NCBI GenBank assembly: GCA_951406725.2
Contig: OX597820.1
Coordinates: 18,290,001-18,354,000 of the forward strand
DNA: 64,000 nucleotides
Reading direction: 5' to 3'
Origin: Octopus vulgaris
Lineage: Eukaryota
Below, piece after piece: positions 1-10,818 of the stretch. Below the pieces are notes generated by a model that saw only the letters and a program-made list of their open reading frames with translations, did no database searches and had not been told where the DNA came from. Position numbers and translations under genes: made by a program. The first letter of the stretch is position 1. Each line of letters begins with the position of its first letter.

Positions 1-984
1 TAGCTTTTGGATGTCAATGGGTAGCTTTGAATGAACAAAGCTTGTTCAAGAAAAGCAGTCAGCAAAAATATTGGAACAATTCTTTCATGTACCTTACACA
101 AATACAGGAAAATGTCCTTTTAATGGATAAATCTCTTTTCTTCTTATTTATTCCCTTTCGTTCTTTCCGTCGTTTTTCGGACACATTTTCATTCATAGGC
201 TGTTGGCATCTGTTAATGGTGCTTCAAAGAATATTGAAATATTATTTCAGCTGGAGAAAAATAAAATAAAATAAAAAATGAAATAAAATAAAGCGGTAGA
301 AATAAAATAAAAAATATTACAATAACCAAACTTTGTGTTTCAGGGTAAGGTTTCAAAGTAACCATTACAGTTTTATAATGGGTGGAACCAGCAACAACAA
401 CAACAATAACAACAACAAAAATGGTATTCTTTCATTTCCATGTCTTTCTTTCTCTTTTGTTCTTGCTTTTTTTTTGCTCTTTTATTATTTTATTTTCTGT
501 TTTTGTTATCGTTTTCCATCCTTCCTTGGCAGCAATGTTCTAGCACATCTGTTCTGGTTGGTTGTTAATAGCATAGAGTTTGGTTAGAAACCGAAGAATT
601 AAAGGTTACATAAATGGAATCTATGAGTTCTATAGAGCGGGGGGTGGGAAAGAAGCACTTCTCAGTTGCATATTTGATAGTAGTGCTAGCAGGCATATAC
701 TATTTTTGGTATGAACTAACATTAAAGATAAGAAGTGAAGCTGATAACAAAAAGAGGAAAAAAAAAAATTATAACTAAAAAAAAATTTTAATAAAAACAA
801 AAATAGTATAGCAAAATAGGTATTGGTATGACAACGGTTGAAGTAGTCTACTAGATATCTTATAATTTATTAGTACTACAACCAAAAGTAATACATTTGT
901 TTCAGAGGAGACTTACAGTCAAGTGTACAGATGTATATTTATATAGACAACATAGACATATATATTTTAATATACCCCATTGTC

Positions 985-2128
985 AAGGCAGCGAGCTGGC
1001 AGAATCGTTAGCACGCCGGGTGAAATGCTTAGCGGTATTTCGTCTGCCGTTATGTTCTGAGTTCAAATTCTGCTGAGGTCAACTTTGCCTTTCATCCTTT
1101 TGGGGCTGATTAAATAAGTACCAGTTATGCACTTGGGATCGATGTAATCAACTTAATTCCTTTATCTGTCCTTGATTGTCCCCTCTGTGTTTAGCCGCTT
1201 GTGGGCAATAAAGAAATAAATATATAATATTTCTTAGGCGGCGAGCTGGCAGAAATGTTAGCACACCAGGTGAAATGCTTAGTGGTACTTCATATGCGTT
1301 ACGTTCTGAGTTCAAATTCCACTGAGGTCAACTTTGCCTTTCATCCTTTCGAGGTTGATAAATTAAGTACCAGTTATGCACTGGGGTCAATGTAATTGAC
1401 TTAATCCCTTTGTCTGTCCTTGTTTTCCCCTTCTATGTTTAGCTCCTTGTGGGCAATAAAGAAATAAGAAACGTTAGCATACTGGACAAAATGCCTTGCG
1501 GTATTTTGTCTGTCTTCAAGTTCTAAGTTCAAATTTCACTGAGGTCGACTTTGCCTTTTATTCTTTTGGGGGTTGATAAATTAAGTACCAGTTGCATACT
1601 GGGGTCAATCTAATCGACTGGCCCCCTCCCTCAAAATTTCAGGCCTTGTGTCTAGAGTAGAAACAAATATACCTCATCATCATAAGGCAGTGAGCTGACA
1701 GAAATGTTAGTGAGCCGGGCAAGATGCTTAGCGACATTTCATCCATCTTTCTGTTCTGAGTTCAAATGCTGCTGGGGTTGACTTTGTCTTTCATCCTTTT
1801 GGGGTGGATAAAATAAGTGTCAGTTGAGTACTAGGGTCGATGTAATTGACAAGTCCCCTCCCCACAAATTTCAGGCCTTGTACCTTCAGTAGAAAGGATT
1901 ATTATTGTTATTAAGGCAGCGAGATGGCCGAATCGTTAGTATGCTGAGCAAAATGCTTAGCAGCATTTCATGTGTCTTTCTGTTCTGAGTTCAAATGCCA
2001 CTGGGGTTGGCCTTGTCTTTTATCTTTTTGGGGTCAATAAAATAAGTACCAGTTGAGTACTGGGGTTGATGCAATCAACTTACTCCCTCCCCTGAAATTG
2101 TTGGCCTTGTGCCAGAATTTTAAACCGA
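985..2128 (+). mobile_element. Head-to-tail cluster of five family-A tRNA-derived SINE copies (approx. 985-1220, 1236-1468, 1469-1665, 1684-1900, 1913-2128)
   Basis: Repeated unit AAGGCGGCGAGCTGGCAGAATCGTTAG (A-box-like) ... GAGTTCAAATTC (B-box-like) ... GACTTTGCCTTTCATCCTTTCGGGGTCGATAAATTAAGTACCAG, with two alternative 3' tails. The same family recurs more than 15 times in the window. Confidence 0.85.
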
Positions 2129-2134
2129 TATACA

Positions 2135-2470
2135 TCATTGTCATCATTTAATGTCCATCTTCCATGCTGGCATGGGTTCAGGGCTGGATTAAGACCCATA
2201 GAGGCCCTAAGCACTTACAAGATTTTGCTGGCCCTATCATCATTATCATTTAACATCCATTTTCTATGCTGGCATGGATTGGACGGTTTGACAAGTGCTG
2301 ATAAGACCAAGGACCATACCAGGTTCCATAGTCTGTTTTGGTTTGATTTCTACAGCTGGATGCCCTTCCCAATGCCAACCACTTTACAGAGTCTACTGGC
2401 TGCTTTTTTACATTACACCATCACCAGTGCTTTTTATGTGGCACCATATATCAGGTCATGCCATAAGTTC
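2135..2470 (-). mobile_element. Family-E element fragments ((GAT)n-tailed, minus orientation) with a short hAT-MITE end at about 2178-2235
   Basis: CATCATTTAA..TCCATGCTGGCATGGG and CTACAGCTGGATGCCCTTCC..ATGCCAACCAC match family E. CAGGGCTGGATTAAGACCCATAGAGGCCCTAAGCACTTA is the reverse complement of the 3' end of the MITE at 7691-8760. Confidence 0.7.
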
Positions 2471-3356
2471 TGTCTTACCGTTTTTAAAACTGAATGAAAT
2501 TTAATAGTATTTAAGAATGTCTAATGGAATTAAAAATTATTTTTATGCATTTGTGTACATTTAAACTAATTAAATATTATTTTATGGAATAATAGAATTA
2601 AGATTATTTTTCTTTATGGTTAATCCTGTGCTGCATGGGTTAGATGGTTTGACAAGATCTGACATGGTAGAAGATTGTGTCATGCTCCAGTGACTCCTTT
2701 GGCTGGGTTTCCATGGAGGATGCACTTTGTAATGCCAACCAATTTAGGGAGTGTGTTGGGTGGTTTTTTTTTGTATTGGCACCCTCACTAATAAAGTCAC
2801 TACACAACTTGCAAGATTAAGGCCCCTGAGGCCCCTGTAGCTTTAATAGAAGAGAAGTAGCTGTGTGGTGATTCTAGATGGGGGTGATAAGGAACAGTAA
2901 AGTAAAAGGAACAGATTCATAGTTGAAAGAGGTTAGTAGAAGAAAGAGTAACAGAGCAGACACTGCTGGAGAAGGGAGTGTGGCAAGGAACAGGGGAAAG
3001 GAAAGGGATTAATGACAGGTGCTAATGAGAAAGGGAGAGACAGAGTGGAAGTGGGATCAGGTGAATTGTGTAGGGGGTGATGCTGTATTATAAGGGCAGA
3101 AATGAATGGATGACAGGAGGGGAAAGAAAGGGAGAAATAGGTAAGAATGGTAAAGAATCATGATAGCTATTGAAGAAAAGAGAGATGGGGCTATGGAGGA
3201 AGGCCACACAGGAAGAGATGAGGAGAGAGGTGTTGAAGTGTACAAAATTGAAGCACCATCTGTGTATCATGCTTAAAGTATTAAGTTGTCAAGTATGAAA
3301 TTTGTAGAAAAGGAAAATAAGTTTGCTAAATTTTTATAAATACAAGGAGTAGTTTT

Positions 3357-3858
3357 ATTCATCAAAGTATGCACCCATATTGTCAATACACTTTTGACAT
3401 TTCAGCAGTAGCTTGTCCAGCCCGTAACTGTAAAAGCCTGGCAATCTAGAGTCAACAAAATCTTGGAAGGCCTGTTTTACAGCATCATCGGAATTAAATT
3501 TTTTCCTATCAAAAAGTTATCCAAATTCTGGAAGAAGCTGTAGCCAGTGGGGGCAAGATCCAGTGAGTATGGTGGATGATAGAGAACTTCCAACTGCAAC
3601 TCCTGTAGTTTCACCAATGTCATTTTTGAGATGTGCGGTCTGGTTGTTGTCTTGCAATAAAATAGGGGTGGATCTGATGACTAATCTAGACTATTTTTTG
3701 TAAGTTTCTGCATCATTTGGTCCAGTTGGCTGCAGTATACTTCGACCATGATTGATGAGCCAGGTTTAATGAAATCATAATGGATCATATCTGTGCCAAG
3801 CCACCAAACACACGCCATCAGCTTCTTTTGATGAATTTTGCTTTTTGGTTGGTGTCTA
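3357..3858 (-). pseudogene. Mariner (D,D34D) transposase C-terminal relic
   Basis: Minus-strand translation across stops/frameshifts: KIHQKKLMACVWW...MIHYDFIKPG..I.VEVYCSQLDQMMQKL...ILLQD..RPH...LQELQLEVLYHPPYSLDLAPTGYSFFQNLDNF...KCQKCIDNMGAYFDE*. This includes the YSPDLAP-like and terminal KCI..G.Y motifs of mariner transposases. Confidence 0.88.
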
Positions 3859-3894
3859 ATGACTGAAATACAAAAATAAAAACTGTGATCTTTC

Positions 3895-4122
3895 CCATAA
3901 GGCTGGTTTCTCAATTTCTTTGGTGTATATATTCCGCCCCCCCATCCCGGATGGGATACCACTCCCTCACATGAATACTCACTTTTGCCAGCTGAGTGGT
4001 CTGGAGCAACATGGAATGAAGTGTTTTGCTCAAGAAGACAATGCTTCAGCCACTCCAGGAATCGAAACCACAATCTTACAATCATGAGTTCAATGCCCCA
4101 ACCACTAAGCCACATGACTCCG
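3895..4122 (-). mobile_element. tRNA-derived SINE (family-D-like head, CORE-like middle)
   Basis: Minus strand reads TGGCTTAGTGG (A box), GGTTTCGATTCC (B box), then CTTGAGCAAAACACTTCATTCCATGTTGCTCCAGACCACTCAGCTG, as in 6981-7318. Confidence 0.75.
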
Positions 4123-5311
4123 CTAATGACTCAAGCAAGTAAAAGCTAAAAGATTGTTTCAACAAGCAAGCGACCTTTCAGTTTTCTACCAAGCGAGTAT
4201 TTCTGTTATTCGCAACAAGACATTTATCCTTGCTTATAGCAAGCCAATTTGCAATATCAATTTCTCCAACTATAAACTCTATAAATATAAAGACGTGTGG
4301 CCTTGTGAACAGCATCAACATCTCATAGAAATATCCCCAAAATCTCCAAGTATTAGTTCTTTTCCTAACATCTTTCAATTATGCAGCTTTTTCACAGCTT
4401 CAGCAAACTCTTCAAAGTTGACAGTGTATGTTTTAATTTTAATGTTCGTTCTTTCAGCAGTTCTCAGCTGATTGTATTCAAACCTTTAATGCATTATGGT
4501 TGGAATCCTTCGTTTTCATTTCATATAAACAGAGACGAAAATGATTTAAGATTTCCTTGGGAAGTAGCCGTTTTCACTGAGAGTGACGTGTCCTTTCATT
4601 CTTCGATATATACAATTTGTGAGATGGAAAAACAAATTTATGTTTAATGGCGGTTTATTGATTCGACCACTTTTGATAAGGGAATTTTTCATTCAAGGTT
4701 ATCCTTCATTTTATGCTTCAAGATTATTAACTTGCTGCAAATAGCTTAGAATCTCCAGTCATAGAAGACAGTTGTTGCTTAGGCTTTTGTTGTTGTTGTT
4801 TAACCCATGGTTGTCCCTAAACAGGTAGGCTTATACAATTAACAATGTTCCACTCCTCTTGTGATCATTCTTGTCCTCTCTTTCTCTCTATTTTTTTTCC
4901 CCGGTTTTATGGTATCCAATATATCATTCCAGTGATAGCATATCATTTGAGGGAAATTTGTCTGCTATTTCCAACTGCTCAAACGACTCTGTGGAGGTTA
5001 TCTTATTACTGCACATGTCAGATAAAATAGTCATTTCTTTTCTTTTTTTTTTTTCACAAAATGGCAATCTTGTGATTCACCACACATCTTATCTAAATTC
5101 CTACTTTATTACAATTCCTTTCAAAATATGTTATCCACTTCTCTTCTTCATCATCATCACCATCCACCTCCTCATCATTATCTTTATTATCATCCTCATC
5201 ATTATCATCATCATCATCATCCTTATCAGCATCAGTATCATTATCGTTTAATGTCCACTTTTCCCTGTTTGCATGAGTCAGAGGGGATCTGTTGAAGCAG
5301 ATTTTTTTTCT

Positions 5312-5761
5312 CAAATTCGATGACTGGTGCCCGTGCCAGTGGAGCACTAACAGCTCCATCTGAGTGGGATCACTGCCAGAGCAGCTGTCTGGCTTCTGTG
5401 CTGGTGGCACGTAAAAATCACTATTCGAGTGTGATCATTACCATCGTCGCCTTACTGGCACTTGTGCTGGTGGCACGTGAACAAAACATTTGAGCGAGGT
5501 CATTGCCAGTGCTGCTGGACTGACTTCTGTGCAGGTGGCACATAAAAAACACCATTTTAAACGTGGCCGTTGCCAGTACCACCAGACTGGCCCTCGTGCC
5601 AGTGGCATGTAAAAGCACCCACTACACTCTCGGAGTGGTTGGCATTAGGAAGGGCATCTGTAGAAACTCTGCCAGATTAGATTGGAGCCTGGCATAGCCA
5701 TCTGGTTCACCAGTCCTCAGTCAAATCTTCCAACCCATGCTAGCATGGAAAGCGGAGTTAA

Positions 5762-5793
<32 letters not shown>
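5312..5793 (+). mobile_element. Family-E non-autonomous element with ~60-nt internal tandem units and (GAT)n tail
   Basis: Several units of AAAA(G)CACCATTCGAGCGTG..GTTGCCAG..CTGGC..GTGCCGGTGGCACGT, then CCCACTACACTCTCGGAGTGGTTGGCATTAGGAAGGGCATC, ending CCCATGCTAGCATGGAAAGCGGAGTTAAATGATGATGAT. Confidence 0.8.
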
Positions 5794-5796
<3 letters not shown>

Positions 5797-5940
5797 TACT
5801 TTTCCTGTTGCCAACCCTCACTTGCTCCCAAGCAAGGAAATATTTTCTCATGGCCAGACATGTTTTTGCATGGGAGACAGGAAAGGAGCGGCACTGTCTG
5901 TATGACAGTGATGCTCCTTTGGATGTCTATTCCTTAAAAT

Positions 5941-6317
5941 AGGTGCAGGAGTGGCTGTGTGGTAAGGAGCTTGCCTCCCAACCTCATGGTTCTGGGTTCA
6001 GTCCCACTGTGTGACACCTTGGCCAAGTATCTCCTACTATAGCCCCAGGTCAACCAAAGCCTTGTGAATGGATTTGGTAGATGGAAACAGAAAGAAGCCT
6101 GTCGTATATATGCATATGTGTGTGTGTGTGTTTGTGTATCTGTGTTTGTCCCCCACCATTGCTTGACAACCGATGTTGGTGTATTTACATCCACATAACT
6201 TAGTGGTTTGGCAAAATAGACTGATAGAATAAGTAGTAGGCTTACAACGAATAACTCCTGAGGTCAATTTGTTTGACTAAAGACAGTGCTCCAGCATGGC
6301 TGCAGTAAAATGAACTG
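5941..6317 (+). mobile_element. Family-B tRNA-derived SINE, near full length
   Basis: GGAGTGGCTGTGTGGTAAG (A box), GGGTTCAGTCCC (B box), CCTTGGCCAAGT..CTACTATAGCC, internal (TG/TA)n tract, 3' GTGCTCCAGCATGGCTGCAGT. Confidence 0.85.
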
Positions 6318-6356
6318 TCCAATCCATGCCAGCATGGAACACAGATGTTAAGCAAT

Positions 6357-6678
6357 GATGATGATGATGATAGTGGTGGTGGCAGTGGCGGCAGGGGTGG
6401 TAGTGGCGATGGTGATGGGGGGGGGGTAATAGTCGTGGTGGTGGTAATGCTGGTGATGAATATAATGAGGAAGAGGAGGGTGATGATGGTGGTAGGGGTG
6501 GGGGTGATGTGGTGGTGGTAATGCTGATGATGAGGAGGAGGAGGGTGATGATGATGATGATGATACTGCCACTGTTGCTGATAGTCCTGTTGCTGCTGCT
6601 GCTGCTATTGATGGGGATGATCATCATCATCATGGTGGTGCTGCCGATGATGACGATGATGACGATGATGATGATGAT
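6357..6678. repeat. Compound GAT/GGT/GCT trinucleotide microsatellite
   Basis: Directly visible triplet repeats; source of spurious poly-H/S/M ORFs. Confidence 0.9.
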
Positions 6679-6980
6679 TACAGGTCTCCCCAAAATGCTG
6701 TCTCAAAGAGACAGCTTCAAGCACTTTATCGATCGTCCACTACCCATTATCTCTCGGTGTTTATATTAAGCATTTTACCACACTGTCTTTTCAGTATGGC
6801 AGCAGTCTTTATATATCTTTCCTTTCCGCTTTCACTCATCGCAAAAAAAAAAAAAATCAGTCTACACCATTGATGATTTAAAGTGCTGAGCTGTCTGCAA
6901 ACTAACAAAACACTCTTCATAATTACAGTGATACCACTTACTACAGCAGCTTTAATATACTAACTAGTTGTAATAGTTAG

Positions 6981-7318
6981 CGAAGGCGCATAGCTCAGTG
7001 GTTAGAGCATCGAGCTTATGATTGTGAGGCTGTGAGTTCGAATCCCGGACCGGGATGTGTGTTGTGTTCTTCAGCAAGACACTTTATTTCACGTCACTCC
7101 AGTTCACTCAGCTGTAGATATGAGTTGCGACGTCACTGGTGCCAAGCTGTATCGGCCCCTTTGCCTTTCCCTTGGCTGACATCAGTGACGTGGAGAGGAG
7201 AGGCTGGTATGCATGGGCAACTGCTGGTCTTCCATAAACAGCATTGCCCGGACATGTGCCTCGGAGGGTAACTTTCTAGGTGCAATTCCATGGTCAAGCA
7301 TGACCGAAGGGGGCCTCA
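6981..7318 (+). mobile_element. Family-D tRNA-derived SINE (CORE-like middle), full length
   Basis: GGCGCATAGCTCAGTGGTTAGAGC (A box), GAGTTCGAATCCC (B box), CAGCAAGACACTTTATTTCAC..CTCCAGTTCACTCAGCTGTAG, 3' CATGACCGAAGGGGG. Sister copy at 30585-30891 (-). Confidence 0.85.
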
Positions 7319-7891
7319 GCAGTGGTAATAGTACCCTGTGCCTAGGGAGCTGTGCCATGGCCACTGAACTTGCTAGTAATAGCAACCAAATTCCCTTAAA
7401 TATTCTTTGGAAATGTAAGATATTATCAACATATACCTCGCTATACGAAGCAAAACCACAAGAGAGTCATGGCTAGGATGCTCTTGCTCATAGTTTTAAT
7501 CAATTAGGCCTGACACGTGGTTAAAGAACAATCTGCACTTAGCGAAATTAGTTGATTTAGGTCATTTTGAATTAAATATTTTGCTTCAGTTTCTTTGTGA
7601 ACATATTGCAGACATGCTTGCTGCTTCTGACAATCCATCAAAGGTGATGGCCACGTTGATTCAAGACATTCATCTTCCTCTGCCTCCAGCCAGTGCTGGG
7701 TTAACCATTAAGTAAAATAAGCACCTGCTTAGGGCATCAAGGGAAGAGGGGCCGCCACAGAAATGGTAAATGGTTTACAGCACAAAAATCCCTTCAAACT
7801 TGCTAAAGTAATATTTGATTGGTTTATATGATTGGAAATATAATTTCAAAGTGTTCATAGAAGGTAATGGCGAACTTCTGCTGACTCTTTC

Positions 7892-8053
7892 AGGTGCAGG
7901 AGTGGCTGTGTGGTAAGTAGCTTGTTTACGAACCACATGATTCCGGGTTCAGTCCCACTGCATGGCAGCTTGAGCAAGTGTCTTCTGCTATAGCCTCGGC
8001 CCGACCAAAACCTTGTGACTGGATTTGGTAGACGGAAACTGAAAGAAGCCTGT

Positions 8054-8088
<35 letters not shown>

Positions 8089-8287
8089 GTTTGTGTGTCT
8101 GTGTTTCTCCCCCTAGCATTGCTTGACAACCGATGCTGGTGTGTTTATGACAAAAGAGACCGATAGAATAAGTACTGGGCTTACAAAAGAATAAGTCCCG
8201 GGGTCGAGTTGCTCGATTAAAGGCGGTGCTCCAGCATGGCCGCAGTCAAATGACTGAAACAAGTAAAAGAGTAAAGAGTAAAGAGAG
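7892..8287 (+). mobile_element. Family-B SINE, full length
   Basis: tRNA-like head, internal (TA)n(TG)n, tail CAAATGACTGAAACAAGTAAAAGAGTAAAGAG. Confidence 0.88.
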
Positions 8288-8379
8288 TGTCAAAATAAAA
8301 CATTATTTTTCCTTTTTCTATTGTTTTTGTTTCATTTTGAAAAATTTTTATAGTTTAGTATTGTTTATATTTTGAATTA

Positions 8380-8683
8380 GTGGAGGCACATGGCCTAGTG
8401 GTTAGAGCAGTGAACTCGCGGTTGAGAGATCACGGGTTCGAATCTCAGACCAGGCGATGTGTGTGTTTATGAGCGAAGCACCTATGCTCCACATGACTCT
8501 GGCAGAAGGTAATGGCAAACTTCTGCTGACTCTTCTGCCACAACTTTCTCTCACTCTTTCCTCCTGCATCTTACAGCTCACCTGTGATGGACTGGTGTCC
8601 ATCCAGGTGGGGAATCTATATGCCAAAGAAACCAGGAAACCAGCCATTATGAGCCAGGCGTAGCTCAAGAAGGGACAAACAAA
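8380..8683 (+). mobile_element. Family-C-headed SINE with alternative 3' half, flanked by a 13-bp TSD
   Basis: TGGCCTAGTGGTTAGAGC (A box), GGGTTCGAATCTC (B box). TSD ATATTTTGAATTA at 8367-8379 and 8684-8696. Confidence 0.82.
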
Positions 8684-8904
8684 ATATTTTGAATTACATA
8701 TGGGGGCACCAAAATCTTTTTTAAGTGCTTAGGGCCTCTAGGGCTCTTAACCTGACCCTGCCTCCAGCCCATCATTTCTCATGAGAGGGGATGTGGCTGA
8801 TAAGGCTGATATGAGATAAGCAGAATCAGTGACACTAAGGGCACTGAAAGAGACTCTGAGCAATAGTCATGGTGGGGTTGATGACAATGTCTCCTCCTCT
8901 CTTC

Positions 8905-9345
8905 ACGCCATGTCCTGTGTTTCGTTTCAGAGCATCATACTCCAGAATCATATACAGACCTCCATGCCTTCAAATTAACAGCCAGGGGCTCCAAACACGT
9001 AGGAGGGACACTGAATAAAATGAGCACCCACTTGAGGTGATCATGAAAACAAAGTTTTGGACTCCCACAGGACCTGCTTTCAGTCTCGATCTCATTGAAG
9101 AGGACTGTCTTTGGGAACCTGTTACCAAGCATTCAAATCATATGGCCAGTGCAGTAGAGGAGACAACAAAACATGCAGACCTCTGTGCTGTAGATCTCAG
9201 CCCTCAAGAGGATTTTGGTATGAGATACCTTGTCCTTCACATGAGAGCAAGGATACTTTGGAGCTATCTGATTTGGAACACTTTTAGTTGTCTGATCTGG
9301 CACTGGTAAAGGGTCCAGCACTCAGACCTGTACAGGTAGATGGAG
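8905..9345 (-). pseudogene. RTE-clade LINE, 3' end of ORF (degraded)
   Basis: Minus-strand pieces LYRSECWTLY..QIRQLKVFQIR, GHMI..MLGNRFPKTVLFNE...RSCGSPKLCFHDHLK..L....LEPLAVNLKAWR match the post-RT C-terminus of RTE/BovB-type elements. Confidence 0.78.
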
Positions 9346-9624
9346 GAGGGTGGTGGTGGTGGTGGTGGTCAGATAGTGATAAGTCATACACAAACTAAAA
9401 AAGAACCTCAGCTGGTAGTTGCTATTTATTGTTAACCTGGATATTAATGATTCATATAAATAAGAATATTGTGAAACTCTGAATGGGTTCTTGATTCAGC
9501 AGAGAAAGTTTAATCATCATGTATTCCATCAGAGTCTTTCTCTCTGCGAGACACAGACTACAGCTACAAGTTCCAGTTTTAAGAAAGAAGTGAAAGCAAT
9601 AGTATTGCAAGGCATTAGGGCATG

Positions 9625-9900
9625 GTGGGGTGTGTGGTGGCAGTGTGGGGGTGCATGGTGGGGGCATTGTGGAGGCATGGTGGAATCGTGATGGGGATGT
9701 GGTGAGGGCTTGGTGGAGACAGTGGGAGCATGGTGGGGGTATGGCTTACTCCAGGTGACACCTCTATGATGCTGATGATGATAATGGTGGTGGTGGGGAT
9801 GGCGATGATGGTGATGATGGCGATGATAGTGATGATGGTGATGATGGTGTTGATGATGGTGGTGGTGGTAGTGGTGGTGGTGGTGATAATGATGATGATT
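9625..9900. repeat. GGT/GAT trinucleotide microsatellite
   Basis: Directly visible. Confidence 0.88.
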
Positions 9901-10384
9901 CCTACTCACTAGAATAATGTCAATAGTATTCATTGAGGGATTTTTTTTTTTTTGTCTTGAAGAATAAATTTCATCTATAATTTTGCATGTGGAAACATCC
10001 AAGTTCCAAGCAACAGCAGTGAACTATGAGACACTATGTTTCAGCAGAAATTTGCTTCCTTATTGACAGACGCCGACCTGGTCATTTGGAGCCAACAAGA
10101 AACTTCTGTTCCAATATGCAAAACAGTAAACCTGTCATTTACAGCTGTGATTTTATACACAAAGTCTATTGGGAAGAATTTGTTCTCTGAGACAAAATTC
10201 TATATTGAATGGCATTCGCATTCTAGTGTGCAGGAATGTGTTAAAAGTAAAAGTACACGTTATTATTTTAATCCTTGCTGTTTTGTGTGCTTTTATTGAA
10301 TATGAATATAAATATTATATATATGTATATATATGTATATATATATATGTACATGTATGTATATATATATATATATATATATTT

Positions 10385-10605
10385 CTCTTTTATCTTTTAC
10401 TTGTTTCAGTCATTTGACTGCAGCCATGCTGGAGCACTGCCTTTAGTCAAGCAAATCGATCCCAGAACTTATTCTTTGGAAGCTTAGTACTTATTCTATT
10501 GGTCTCTTTTGCCGAACTGCTAGGTTACGGGGATGTAAACACACCACCATCGGTTGTCAAGCGATGTTGAGGGACAAACACAGACACACAAACATATACA
10601 CATAC

Positions 10606-10639
<34 letters not shown>

Positions 10640-10640
10640 G

Positions 10641-10674
<34 letters not shown>

Positions 10675-10818
10675 CACATATATATGACAGGCTTTCACTC
10701 ACAAGACTTAGGTCGGCCCGAGGCTATAGTAGAAGACACTTGCCCAAGGTGCCACGCAGTGGGACTGAACCTGGAACCATGTGGTTCGTAAGCAAGCTAC
10801 TTACCACACAGCCACTCC
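10385..10818 (-). mobile_element. Family-B SINE
   Basis: Reverse complement of the family-B consensus from tail (CTTTTACTTGTTTCAGTCATTTGACTGC) to head (CTTACCACACAGCCACTCC). Confidence 0.87.

Larger units (their letters stand above)
7691..8760. mobile_element. hAT-type non-autonomous DNA transposon (MITE) carrying two nested SINEs
   Basis: Perfect 8-bp target-site duplication CCTCCAGC at 7683-7690 and 8761-8768. Imperfect TIRs CAGTGCTGGGTTAA / TTAACCTGACCCTG. An 8-bp TSD with CAG..CTG ends is typical of hAT elements. Confidence 0.75.

Noticed and set aside
4150-4750. Unique-looking, possibly coding-derived segment
   Set aside because: No recognisable motif in any frame; may be an old TE relic but cannot be supported. 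Likewise 14240-14530 and 47830-48470.
6984-7055. tRNA gene-like sequence (also at 8382, 18038, 49464)
   Set aside because: A and B boxes are present, but the acceptor stem does not pair and the sequence continues into a SINE body.
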